A stretch of DNA of 57,645 nucleotides from a virus. Position numbers and translations under genes: made by a program. The stretch lies in IMG/VR virus record IMGVR_UViG_3300030451_004451; one strand, written 5' to 3'. Under the pieces are notes generated by a model that worked only from the letters and a program-made list of their open reading frames with translations, ran no database searches and was not told the DNA's origin. Shown piece after piece: positions 46,324 through 55,527 of the stretch. Positions within the stretch are counted from its first letter, which is position 1. Each line of letters opens with the position of its first letter.

Positions 46324-46446
46324 TTAAATATTTCTGACAAGTTTGTAACCCCACCTGTTTTCAGATAAGTCCCAAACCCTTTTTGTAGCAGAAGGTATTT
46401 TTACAATAAGATTGTTAAATTTAATTAATTTTTTAGTTAATAACAT
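46324..46446 (-). CDS. possible mini-ORF (40 aa)
   Basis: AGGAAAGtaatATG; MLLTKKLIKFNNLIVKIPSATKRVWDLSENRWGYKLVRNI; directly downstream of the pqqA-like ORF hairpin. Confidence 0.25.
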   Translation of the reverse strand: MLLTKKLIKFNNLIVKIPSATKRVWDLSENRWGYKLVRNI

Positions 46447-46461
46447 ATTACTTTCCTAAAT

Positions 46462-46487
46462 AGTGAGGGGACTAGGTCCCCATCACT
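46462..46487 (-). other. GC-rich stem-loop abutting the stop codon of the PqqA-like ORF
   Basis: agtgaggggac-tag-gtcccc(a)tcact: 11-bp stem with one bulge; no T-run on the sense strand, so more likely an attenuator or RNA-stability element than a full terminator. Confidence 0.5.
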
Positions 46488-46562
46488 TTATTTTTCAGCA
46501 CAGGCATAACTGTTAATCTCAAGACCAACAGAAATTTCTGTAATTACAGGTTTAGACCACAT
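46488..46562 (-). CDS. pqqA: PqqA-like peptide (24 aa), not in ORF track
   Basis: AGGAGataattATG; MWSKPVITEISVGLEINSYACAEK. Length, the W-x-K-P start and the G-x-E-I-x-x-Y core (Glu and Tyr three residues apart) match PQQ precursor peptides. Confidence 0.65.
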   Translation of the reverse strand: MWSKPVITEISVGLEINSYACAEK

Positions 46563-46627
46563 AATTATCTCCTAAAATTAAAGTGCTGGTTGTCCTCGTG
46601 ACCGCAGTCCACTAAACATATTTTAAT

Positions 46628-46996
46628 CTATTTTTTGAACTTGGCAATACTCTTCAACCCGAATGATCCTGCAATCGAAGCTAAAATTCCCCAGCTGAGC
46701 CATTCAGGACAATCGTTTTTTAGAAAAACAAATCCTTCTTTCATGTACGGTTGCAAAGAAGGTACGAAGGAGGCAAAAATTATGGCTATGAACGCAAGGG
46801 TCCAGGCTTCGTCTTTCCAGGAATCCGCTGCAGCATCTGCTTGTTTTTCGTCCCAAGTTCCTTCTTTCTCTATTCTTGTCTTAGTTGCTTCTAGTTTAGT
46901 TAACTCAACTTTTGATTTAAGTTCAGCTTTTTTTTGACGTCCTTCGATCCAAGTTGAAGCTAACTTGGCGACTGGACCTAATATGGCTTGAAACAT
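46628..46996 (-). CDS. holin-like membrane protein (3TM GTA-holin-like by eye)
   Basis: 122 aa: amphipathic charged N-terminal half, SWKDEAW, then TM segments TLAFIAIIFASFV and WLSWGILASIAGSFG. Confidence 0.4.
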   Translation of the reverse strand: MFQAILGPVAKLASTWIEGRQKKAELKSKVELTKLEATKTRIEKEGTWDEKQADAAADSWKDEAWTLAFIAIIFASFVPSLQPYMKEGFVFLKNDCPEWLSWGILASIAGSFGLKSIAKFKK

Positions 46997-46998
46997 AT

Positions 46999-47598
46999 CT
47001 ACTCCTTTTTGTAAATAATTTTATTGTCGCCTTCTTCAGCAACATTAAAATTATAAGTCTTCAGGAGCATATCCACAATACCCATCTTAAGGCGTGTGTA
47101 ATCATCTATAATTATTAAACCCTCTTCATCTATACGTGGAATAAAAAACTTTAATTCTTCTAAGACAGCATGTGTTGTATGTGGTCCATCAAGGTGAACA
47201 ACTTTGTATAAGCCATATATCATACAGTTACCATTAATTGAGAACTGATGCCCGTCTTTCATGGTTTCAAAATAATACTCATCTGTCATGTGATAAAAAT
47301 CAAACTCTTGATAGTTTTGATAAAAATAAGAAACAATTCTTTGTTTCATGTCTTCTGTATAATCAGCACTGGTCTCTTTCTCATCATCAGTATGCTGATA
47401 ACTTAAATTATTGTACGGATCAACAGCAACATGCTTATAAAGGGGTGGTTTATGATCTCTAACGGCATCCATAATAATCTTGGAACCTAAACCTTCTCTT
47501 AGACCAATCTCACAAGTCAAAGTGACTCTATCTATTTTAAGTTTACCTATGTGTTTAGTGAGTAAATGGTATTCTGAGGAGTCGCCTTTTATAATCAT
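46999..47598 (-). CDS. class I SAM-dependent methyltransferase-like protein
   Basis: CEIGLREGLGS (motif I-like) and VVHLDGPHTTHAVLEELKFFIPRIDEEGLIIIDDY resemble the Methyltransf_24 pattern IDGDH....V..EL......L..GG.I..DD. Confidence 0.4.
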   Translation of the reverse strand: MIIKGDSSEYHLLTKHIGKLKIDRVTLTCEIGLREGLGSKIIMDAVRDHKPPLYKHVAVDPYNNLSYQHTDDEKETSADYTEDMKQRIVSYFYQNYQEFDFYHMTDEYYFETMKDGHQFSINGNCMIYGLYKVVHLDGPHTTHAVLEELKFFIPRIDEEGLIIIDDYTRLKMGIVDMLLKTYNFNVAEEGDNKIIYKKE

Positions 47599-47694
47599 TT
47601 TATGTATGGTAGTGTATCAATTATTACTTCTACAGAATGTATCATAATTTCTATAATACACAAAACAATAATTATATTTACCAATTTTTCAAGT

Positions 47695-48042
47695 TTATCT
47701 GACACCTACAAACTTTTTACCTTTGACTTGAATATCAGAAATTCCTTTGATATCACTCTTGACTCCGTTTTCTCGGTACGGACAGCCAGCAAACTCACCT
47801 GTTTTCATCCCCTGAGGTTGTGGTCCTTTTTCTGGAGGAGGTCCATACTCTTGTCCTAAGTAATCGTAAGCTTGTGCAACTTGTTTTTGTTTTTCTAGCT
47901 TTTTAGCTGCCTGTTTTCTTCTTTTTTCGTTTTCAGTTGCTAACTTAACTTTAATAGCTGTAGGGAAAACAACAGAATCTAAAAGTTTCACCATATTCAT
48001 ATAACCGCCTATGTTAAGTTTTTTCATTTTTATTTTCCTCAT
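47695..48042 (-). CDS. hypothetical protein
   Basis: 115-aa basic ORF after the portal; N-terminus has several Met (true start may be 48027); contains KKLNIGGY. Confidence 0.5.
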   Translation of the reverse strand: MRKIKMKKLNIGGYMNMVKLLDSVVFPTAIKVKLATENEKRRKQAAKKLEKQKQVAQAYDYLGQEYGPPPEKGPQPQGMKTGEFAGCPYRENGVKSDIKGISDIQVKGKKFVGVR

Positions 48043-50347
48043 TTTCTATTTTTCTTTCAGTTAGGTCTAGTTTCTCATCAGCTACTCTAATTCTTTCTTG
48101 TGATGCAACTTCAGCATCCTCTCTTTTCATTTTATCTAAATCAATACGTTGTTCAAACTCATACAGTTTTCTTTGTTGATCTTGTTGAGTTTCAGCTGCT
48201 TTTCTTTGCATATCCATAGCTTTTAAATCTAATTCTCTTGATTTCAACGCAACAAGTGGATCTTGACTACCGCCTTCAGCATCAACTAATTCTTTTGTTA
48301 AAGCTGCAATTTGTAGAGCAATTAAAGATTCTGTTTCCATTTGGAAAGCTTCCATGTTCTCCTCTTTTAGCTTTTGTAAGTTTTCATCAGCCATGACCAT
48401 AGCCATTACAACAGCGCGTGCTTTGTATGATATATGCTCAGATATATGTCCTTGTAATAAAGCATATACCATCGGGTTAGCCTGCACCATTCTTGACTTT
48501 ATAAAGTTAGCATGAGCTAAAATATGAGCATCATGGTTTTGAAATGGAAAAGCTCTTGGCACTTTCATCTGAAGTGCCTCTAAATTCTCGATAGCCGGGT
48601 CCTTTGGTGTTGGTGCAGGTTCCGGTTTTAACAAAGTATCAATTTGTTTGGTTCCAAGTGCTTCATATACACGTCTATAAGCCTCTCTCATGTCATGCAT
48701 CTGTGGATTTGACTGAGCAATCTGTAATTGTTGACTAGCGAGTGTAATTCTTTGTGACAAAGAGAAAACATTAGGGTCTGCAACAGGAATTACATCAACT
48801 TCATCAGTAAAATCAGCTAATTTTACAAGTCTATCGCCTCCATATACGGCGTAAGGGTAAATTGGAGGCAAATATGTAGCAAAAACATTATGTAAAAGCC
48901 TAAATTCTTGACGCATCGCATAATACAGACGCTTGTGAATGGCACTCATGACCCTTGAGCCACGTTCCAAGAGAGCTAAAGTAGTTCCGACAGCCCTATT
49001 TTGCTTATCTTCACCAATTTGCATGTCTGCAATCGCTGCAAAACGCTGTCCTGCTTGTACAACAAAGCCTAAAAGTTGAAAAAGTGTGCCACTTGGCTCT
49101 TTAAATGGTAAAATTTGAAATTGATCCTTAATGTTTCCGCCTGGTGCATCAACATCCCTAAATTCACCAGGTTGAAAAGGTTGTTCATCGTCCCTAATTC
49201 TTAATCCTCTCGATTTAAAGCCAGCTGGCAAGTTACTTAGAGTACCTGCATCCAACAATTGTCGCAATGCCGCTGTCGCAGTTTTGCTCAAACCACCAAT
49301 CATGTGTATCAGACCAAAACCGTAGAAGCCTAGTCCCGGTAAAAATTTATAATGAACAAAAAAATCTTTTCTTCTAAACAATTCATCATTAGGGGCATAG
49401 TTTCTATAGATACTTAATATTTCATGTGAGCCCTCATCAATTGTTACGATGTATGGAACTTTAACATTTTTGTCGTCACTCTCTCCAGCAAGATCCTCAG
49501 GGTCTAAATCTACATGCATTTCTAAAATATTAAACTGATAATCAGAGTCACCCTGTTTAGAAACACCTTCTAACTCTTCGTACTTGTTTTGGACATCATC
49601 GTCCATTTGAGATGGTAATATTTTAACATCTCTGTAAAAACCGCTTTTTTGTTTTTTTAGAATGTCATTCTCTGACATTTTAATTACGTGCGTTACTCTC
49701 TCTGCATCTTTTAAATCAGATGCATAATAAGGAACAATCAAATCTTCAGCAGGTACAAACTTACTTACAGCACGCTGCATAATTTCATCATAATAAACTT
49801 TTTTAAAAGCTGATCCTGCTAAAGGTAAATAAAATAAAAGTTGATCAAACTCAGGAGTGTATTCCTCCATCTGTTCCATCAACATATAATTCATAAATTC
49901 TTTTATACGTCCTGCCTGTTCTTCTCTTTGTGGATTTCTTTCACCAACAATTTGTGTGTTCACAGGACCCTCAGAAGGTAATAATTCTTTGTAAGCCTGA
50001 GCTTGAAACTGTGTTACAGATTCAGCAAGTAAAGGATGTGTTACACTAGAAGCACCTCTGAAAGGTTGTGACTCATCACTATATTTAAAACCAAGTAGAT
50101 CAAGTCCAGAGGTATACCCTTTTTCCCAATCACTTCTTGATTCTTTATCTTTTCTATAATCTGTAATTAATTGTGAAGCTAGAGAACCTAAAATTCTTTC
50201 ATCTAAATCTTCAGCAATATTTTTATAAAATTCTTGTTCTGCTTGAGCCTCTTCCGCAGCCATTTCCATTTCATCACTTGGCTCTTGAATCTCAACTTCA
50301 ACAGGTTCAAGTTCGACCTGCTGGTCTAAATTATCTTCTTCATCCAT
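48014..50347 (-). CDS. portal protein
   Basis: 777 aa in the terL-to-capsid interval; acidic N-terminus, conserved core (RGASSVTHPLLAESVTQFQAQAYKELLP...), C-terminal charged coiled coil as in large podovirus portals. Confidence 0.7.
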   Translation of the reverse strand: MDEEDNLDQQVELEPVEVEIQEPSDEMEMAAEEAQAEQEFYKNIAEDLDERILGSLASQLITDYRKDKESRSDWEKGYTSGLDLLGFKYSDESQPFRGASSVTHPLLAESVTQFQAQAYKELLPSEGPVNTQIVGERNPQREEQAGRIKEFMNYMLMEQMEEYTPEFDQLLFYLPLAGSAFKKVYYDEIMQRAVSKFVPAEDLIVPYYASDLKDAERVTHVIKMSENDILKKQKSGFYRDVKILPSQMDDDVQNKYEELEGVSKQGDSDYQFNILEMHVDLDPEDLAGESDDKNVKVPYIVTIDEGSHEILSIYRNYAPNDELFRRKDFFVHYKFLPGLGFYGFGLIHMIGGLSKTATAALRQLLDAGTLSNLPAGFKSRGLRIRDDEQPFQPGEFRDVDAPGGNIKDQFQILPFKEPSGTLFQLLGFVVQAGQRFAAIADMQIGEDKQNRAVGTTLALLERGSRVMSAIHKRLYYAMRQEFRLLHNVFATYLPPIYPYAVYGGDRLVKLADFTDEVDVIPVADPNVFSLSQRITLASQQLQIAQSNPQMHDMREAYRRVYEALGTKQIDTLLKPEPAPTPKDPAIENLEALQMKVPRAFPFQNHDAHILAHANFIKSRMVQANPMVYALLQGHISEHISYKARAVVMAMVMADENLQKLKEENMEAFQMETESLIALQIAALTKELVDAEGGSQDPLVALKSRELDLKAMDMQRKAAETQQDQQRKLYEFEQRIDLDKMKREDAEVASQERIRVADEKLDLTERKIENEENKNEKT

Positions 50348-50655
50348 TAGTACAACCTAGTTTTTTTTGTTCTTGCAAGTTTAACAGGTACTTCAACAAA
50401 GTCACCTTCTTTTTTTCCCATACCCCTGATTCTTGAACTTATATTATCAGGATCAGGCATTGTAAACATACGTTCTTTTTGCATATCTGCTCTTTTTCTA
50501 GCTGCATCTTTTGCTTCAATGTCAGCTATTAAATCAGGCGGATCAAGTTCAGTTATAACATCTTCTCCTGATTCAAATGGGTTGGCATCACCAAGCATAT
50601 CAAGTGCCATTTGTTCTTTAACTGAATCTCTTATTCTTTTTTTATCTATTGCCAT
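50347..50655 (-). CDS. hypothetical protein
   Basis: 102-aa acidic/basic ORF abutting the portal start. Confidence 0.5.
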   Translation of the reverse strand: MAIDKKRIRDSVKEQMALDMLGDANPFESGEDVITELDPPDLIADIEAKDAARKRADMQKERMFTMPDPDNISSRIRGMGKKEGDFVEVPVKLARTKKTRLY

Positions 50656-50663
50656 GCGTTATA

Positions 50664-52847
50664 TTACCATTTAAAAATGTCTACGACTAGCCCACCTGTT
50701 TTCTTATACAGTTTAAATCTACTGTTTCTTAAATTATCATTAATCTTTATAGCGTATGTAGTAAAATAATTTCTTGAATCGCCAGGATCCATTCGTTCAA
50801 CAGTAGCACCGCTTCCAAAACTATATCTTTGAAAATATTCCTGAGCTTCGCTTGCTGTTCTGAAAGCTGCTTCCACTGACACATCATCATCTTTGTCATA
50901 TAACATGTGTTGGTTTTTAAGTTTTGAAATTATTTTATATGGTTTAGCAGGATTACTTTTAGCCACTTTGATTAATTTATATTCTGTGTCGTATTGTTTA
51001 GCAATTTCTTTAAAAACTTTTGCCATAATTGAGTCTGCCTTTTCATTTGTTTGTACAGCCCTGTCTACACCCTCAGGTGGATTTTTTATTGCAGCTTTGA
51101 CACCCTTCATACCCATTTTGCCTGTGGGTGTTCCATAAAATTCAAAGTCTCCGACATACCCTTGTAGTTTAGGTCCAAATGATCTGTCACTCATTTTTGT
51201 TGCCATTGCTAAAGTTGTGGGTTGTCCTGCTACCCACTCAACTTTTTCATCAAGTTTTGGTGCTTGTTTAATAATACCTTTTACAAAGAAACGTGCATAG
51301 TTTTCTCTGTCTTTTTTACCACCCGTAATTAGAGGCATGTAATCATAACTTTCACGATTGGTCACGTTTGCATCTTTCATAGCTTGAAAGGTCTCAACAC
51401 GTGCTTTTGCATCTGTTACTTCTTTTCTTATTTTTTGTGGATCAAGTTTATAAAAGTTTTGTGGGTCTGTAACAAAGTCTTGTAATCTTTTTTGGTTTTG
51501 TGCTACATCATCAGCTGCCTCATCAAGAATTGCATCTATTTCTTGTCTGCCCATAGGCATTGCTCTTTGTTTCTGTGCACGTATTGAATTTCTAAATTGT
51601 TTAGATACGTCTGATTGTATCTCTCCAATTAAGGCAACTTTTTTATCATCTACCTGATTTGTGGTTGGGTTCAGCATATTGTTTATAGAGTAACGCGCGT
51701 GTCCTATGGTGTTTTTATTACCTAAACCTGAATGACCCACACCTTGTAAGTCTCGTGGTAATTTGTCTATGTCCACAAATGTTTCAACATAGTGATCCGA
51801 TCCTGTAATCCTGTAACTACCTTGACTCGCATAAGAAGGCATTTGCAAATTAGACATATTCATCAATCCTTGAACTTCTTTATGTGCCTGTTGATACGCT
51901 TTGATTTTGTTTGGTAAGTCAGAGGGTACATCTTTACTAAAACTCTTTTCAACCAGGTTTCTAATTCCCGTTACTAAAGGACTTCCTTTAGAAAAATTTG
52001 TTAAATTTTCAATCCTCACGCCTTGTGCTGCAACAGCAAAATTAGAGCTACTGCTATATTTTTGCGCGTCTTTTAAACCATCTTCTAAGTATTCTACGGG
52101 TATAGATGCTTTTTTTAAAACCTCTGGTTTAGTTTGTCCAAGTTTAATAACATCTTCATAAATACTTACTTTTAATTTATTCAAATCATTAATCTCATCC
52201 TGAATTTTAGGATCAATTTGTTTAACTGTGTACTTAAAATTGTTGAGAGGGTTTTCTCTTATAAATCTAAATAACGTTTGTTTTGAAATAGATTGATTAG
52301 CATCAGCTGCTGCTTTTAATAAACCACCAACAGCTTTACCTGAATCATCAAATCTGAGTATGTTTGTATCTTCTAACTCATCCCTTGTAGTATTTCGCAC
52401 CACATTTTGGTAACCAGGCATTTTATATTTACCATGATCCTTTATAGGATTTAAAACATTCATCCAATACTGTGCAGGCATTTTTTTTACATTTGGATCT
52501 GTAGCTACAATGTCGTACAACGATGAACCATAATCACCTGCTCCACCTGGTTGATTTATTTTCATAGCAAAATCACCATTACTCAGAGGAGAGTTTGTAG
52601 CAACCTTTTGTTGACGCTTGTAAAGATCAACTAATTCTGGATCTTCAACTTCAGCACGACCTCTGGCTGAAAGGGTCGTGAGCCCTTGTTCTTGTTTACT
52701 GATTGCTGGTAAAGTAGTCTGAGTTATCGGATCAACGTCCATGGTAACTTCTTCAGCTACTTCAGTTTGTTTTGGTTTTGTGCCGTAGAATTCATCTACA
52801 GCAGCTTTACCTTTTTTAAGTAATGAAATTATTCCTTTTATCGCCAT
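50664..52847 (-). CDS. large hypothetical protein between terL and portal (727 aa)
   Basis: Stop of terL overlaps its ATG; no catalytic motif recognised with confidence; ALIGEIQSDVSKQF segment; C-terminus YKKTGGLVVDIFKW. Confidence 0.55.
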   Translation of the reverse strand: MAIKGIISLLKKGKAAVDEFYGTKPKQTEVAEEVTMDVDPITQTTLPAISKQEQGLTTLSARGRAEVEDPELVDLYKRQQKVATNSPLSNGDFAMKINQPGGAGDYGSSLYDIVATDPNVKKMPAQYWMNVLNPIKDHGKYKMPGYQNVVRNTTRDELEDTNILRFDDSGKAVGGLLKAAADANQSISKQTLFRFIRENPLNNFKYTVKQIDPKIQDEINDLNKLKVSIYEDVIKLGQTKPEVLKKASIPVEYLEDGLKDAQKYSSSSNFAVAAQGVRIENLTNFSKGSPLVTGIRNLVEKSFSKDVPSDLPNKIKAYQQAHKEVQGLMNMSNLQMPSYASQGSYRITGSDHYVETFVDIDKLPRDLQGVGHSGLGNKNTIGHARYSINNMLNPTTNQVDDKKVALIGEIQSDVSKQFRNSIRAQKQRAMPMGRQEIDAILDEAADDVAQNQKRLQDFVTDPQNFYKLDPQKIRKEVTDAKARVETFQAMKDANVTNRESYDYMPLITGGKKDRENYARFFVKGIIKQAPKLDEKVEWVAGQPTTLAMATKMSDRSFGPKLQGYVGDFEFYGTPTGKMGMKGVKAAIKNPPEGVDRAVQTNEKADSIMAKVFKEIAKQYDTEYKLIKVAKSNPAKPYKIISKLKNQHMLYDKDDDVSVEAAFRTASEAQEYFQRYSFGSGATVERMDPGDSRNYFTTYAIKINDNLRNSRFKLYKKTGGLVVDIFKW

Positions 52848-54358
52848 TAGTAATACCTGTATTCTTTTGGAGGTCTATCCTCGTTATCTACATAGTCTGA
52901 GTATAACGCAACAAAGTTGCCTTGACGATACCTTAGTAACGCTTGTGTTGTTGAATCAACAAAATCATCATTAGCACCATTTGGAAACGCAGCACATTCG
53001 TCAATAACATCATACGCAAATTTTTCACCAAATGGAAACCATACTTGTCCTGATTCAAAAATTGGTGCCACAACATTTACGCGCGTATGTTTATCATTAC
53101 CACGTGTCGGAACAAAAGGAACAACAGGTATACCCATTTTTCTAAACTCTTGTGTCAAAGGTTCACCACTCGCTTTCTGCTCGATAACAATTGTTTCAGG
53201 TTCCCAATACTTGTATGTCGACATCGCTACAGCCTTTAATTCTGGAAAATCAAATTTACCCCGTAAGGCATCAAGTAAAATTATATGTGGTGAGCCTCCT
53301 TCTTCTGGAAAAAAAATACCCCACGTTGTAATTGCAGAATAGTCAGCTGTTTCTTTTTTACTAAACGCTGTATCATAACTCTGTATCACATGCATCAAAT
53401 TAGGTATGTGCCCTTTCCATGCTTGCCACCATTCTCGTTTTATAATTGCACCTTCCTCACTGGTAGGATTCTGCATATACTGTGCAGACCAGTTTCGTAT
53501 AGGCACAGATGCTTTGATCTTTTCTAATTCTTCTAAGTTCCAATACTCAGGCCAGACTGGGTTCCCTGAGTCGAGGATCGCTGGAAATGAAATTTGACGC
53601 CATGTATCTGCTTTAGGTTCCGTTTGAGCCTTCAATAATCTACCTGTTAAATCATCTTCTGCCCACCTTGTCATTACAAGCAAAATTGAGCCTCCAGGTT
53701 GTAAACGTTGTCTTGGTCCGGAGGTATACCAATCAAAAGCACGTTCCATAGCAGAATCAGACATTGAGTCTTGTTCCGTGTGTGGGTCATCAATAATCAG
53801 TAAATCCGCACCACGACCCGTGATGGACGCACCGACGCCAGCTGCATAGTATTCGCCACCATGATTAGTTTCCCATCTACCTTTTGCTTTGGAGTCCTCC
53901 CTGAGTTTTACGTCACCGAATATTTGTTTGTACTCTTTAGAATCAATTATGTTTCGAACCTTAGAACCGAATCTTACTGCAAGTTCTGTGTTGTGAGACA
54001 CTTGCATTATTTTCATTTTCGGGTACTTACCGATGATCCATGCTGGAAAATATACGGAAGCAAATTCAGATTTAGTATGTCTAGGGGGCATATTTATAAT
54101 GAGCCTCCCTTTTTTTTCATAAGCTATGTTTGTAAACTCATTAGCGATTATCTGGTGATGTCCCCATTTATTCTTGTCTTTTTCTTTTCTACATATAAAG
54201 TCTGGCCATACCTCTTGAACAAAATATAAAAAATTATCCTGACAAAGTTTTATGTGCTGTATCCACAGCTGTTCTACTTTGAGCCTCAACTTTTCAGTAG
54301 GCATTACTGATGGTTTCATGGGCGATATTATAACTAAAGTTTTGTGTTCTGTATACAT
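52847..54358 (-). CDS. terL: terminase large subunit
   Basis: Walker A-like NMPPRHTKSEF, Walker B LLIIDDPH, nuclease half with SYDTAFSKKETADYSAITTWG and PNGANDDFVDSTTQAL. Confidence 0.9.
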   Translation of the reverse strand: MYTEHKTLVIISPMKPSVMPTEKLRLKVEQLWIQHIKLCQDNFLYFVQEVWPDFICRKEKDKNKWGHHQIIANEFTNIAYEKKGRLIINMPPRHTKSEFASVYFPAWIIGKYPKMKIMQVSHNTELAVRFGSKVRNIIDSKEYKQIFGDVKLREDSKAKGRWETNHGGEYYAAGVGASITGRGADLLIIDDPHTEQDSMSDSAMERAFDWYTSGPRQRLQPGGSILLVMTRWAEDDLTGRLLKAQTEPKADTWRQISFPAILDSGNPVWPEYWNLEELEKIKASVPIRNWSAQYMQNPTSEEGAIIKREWWQAWKGHIPNLMHVIQSYDTAFSKKETADYSAITTWGIFFPEEGGSPHIILLDALRGKFDFPELKAVAMSTYKYWEPETIVIEQKASGEPLTQEFRKMGIPVVPFVPTRGNDKHTRVNVVAPIFESGQVWFPFGEKFAYDVIDECAAFPNGANDDFVDSTTQALLRYRQGNFVALYSDYVDNEDRPPKEYRYY

Positions 54359-54473
54359 TTATGTATCTTGACTAAAGCCGCCACGTCGAGTGCTGTCGTG
54401 GTTTTTCTAACGAGATTTTAAAACGACAATTTAAATTTATGTCTAAACGTGAATTGAGCCTTGTAAATTTGAC

Positions 54474-54510
54474 AAAAAAAAACGGCATGGGAAATTTCTC
54501 ATGCCGTTTT
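54474..54510. terminator. bidirectional rho-independent terminator closing the accessory island
   Basis: A-run (54474-54482), ACGGCATG (54482-54489), loop ggaaatttct, CATGCCGT (54500-54507), TTT. On the minus strand the hairpin is followed by T8-9. Confidence 0.8.
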
Positions 54511-54530
54511 AAGTTAGGAAAGTATATAAA

Positions 54531-54719
54531 TTATACTTTATTAAAATAATTATCTTTTAAAAAATCTAATGCATTATAAACAATTTCACTATCCAAATTC
54601 TCTCGAATATCTTTAGATTGTTCATCGTCTAAATATCCTGCAATATCAATTTTATTTTCTAAAGCAGTACGCATAAATTTATATGCGTACTTGTAATTTT
54701 TTACTTTATTATCAGTCAT
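54531..54719 (-). CDS. hypothetical protein (accessory island)
   Basis: 62-aa ORF, very AT-rich. Confidence 0.5.
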   Translation of the reverse strand: MTDNKVKNYKYAYKFMRTALENKIDIAGYLDDEQSKDIRENLDSEIVYNALDFLKDNYFNKV

Positions 54720-54721
54720 AA

Positions 54722-54988
54722 CTACCTACCTAATATTTGAAGTCTTACTGCTTGTAAGTCCTGTTGAATATCATTCATCAAATCTTGAGATTGTTCATTC
54801 TGATATTTAGAACAATGTTCAACAATTCTATCTTCAAGAATTTTAGCAATAAGCATATTGTTAAGTCTATGTCTAGTCTCCATAGAATTAACTTCATTAT
54901 TATTAGTGTTTTCGGTGATAGAAGTATCCCCATTATTTAGGGATACTTCATTATTCATTAAGTTAACAATGTCTCTTACTCTAGTCAT
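54722..54988 (-). CDS. hypothetical protein (accessory island; start trimmed to ATG 54988)
   Basis: MTRVRDIVNLMNNE...; ATG overlaps the stop of the upstream ORF (ATGACTAG). Confidence 0.5.
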   Translation of the reverse strand: MTRVRDIVNLMNNEVSLNNGDTSITENTNNNEVNSMETRHRLNNMLIAKILEDRIVEHCSKYQNEQSQDLMNDIQQDLQAVRLQILGR

Positions 54989-55328
54989 TATTAACCTCAA
55001 CAATTAAATCTTTTCTCACAGAATTTTTTTTGTGATACTTTGATTTACTTTTTTCGCTAGTTAATATTTCTGGAATTACTTTTGCAATTTCAGACTGATT
55101 AATGGAATAACTATTAGATAGTTTTAAAACAATATCAACATTTCCAATAGTCTTATGATGTAAAGATTTTTTAGAATTTTCTACATCAACATTAAGAATG
55201 TCATTAATGATAGTATTCATTAATTCTTTTCTTACTTTAGTTAATTGTGAAATTTTATTCACAGTCAACAAATATTTCTTAAGAGTTTGTTCCTCTTTAG
55301 AAGTTTTTATTTTTGTAATTTTTTTCAT
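54981..55328 (-). CDS. hypothetical protein (accessory island; start trimmed to ATG 55328)
   Basis: AAGGAAGGtacacaaATG gives MKKITKIKTSKEEQTLKKYL... (115 aa). Confidence 0.5.
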   Translation of the reverse strand: MKKITKIKTSKEEQTLKKYLLTVNKISQLTKVRKELMNTIINDILNVDVENSKKSLHHKTIGNVDIVLKLSNSYSINQSEIAKVIPEILTSEKSKSKYHKKNSVRKDLIVEVNND

Positions 55329-55440
55329 TTGTGTACCTTCCTTAAAATGAGTTATTATTACTCTTTCAGTATACATTTTTTTTAAAGAAAAAAAAACAAT
55401 TTTTTTACTTCATTTTTATTTTTTTTAATAAAAATTTTTT

Positions 55441-55524
55441 CGCCTGGCGCCCGCGGCGAACTTTTACGAAAGTCCCGAACCCGTTTATTTTTGGCACAAA
55501 CGGGAACGGGACAGGGGAAGGAAC
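55441..55524. repeat. GC-rich repeat module A (with 15-bp-stem hairpin 55472-55512)
   Basis: CGCCTGGCGCCCGCGGCG, ACGAAAGTCCC, and GTCCCGAACCCGTTT-loop-AAACGGGAACGGGAC (13/15 paired). On the sense strand the hairpin ends GGGAC-TTT. Confidence 0.8.
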
Positions 55525-55527
55525 TGT

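Noticed and set aside
46142-46327. Plus-strand 61-aa ORF in the ORF-poor gap
   Set aside because: It is antisense to the operon direction, with no promoter or SD and a hydrophobic junk-like translation. The sense-strand mini-ORFs fit the context better.
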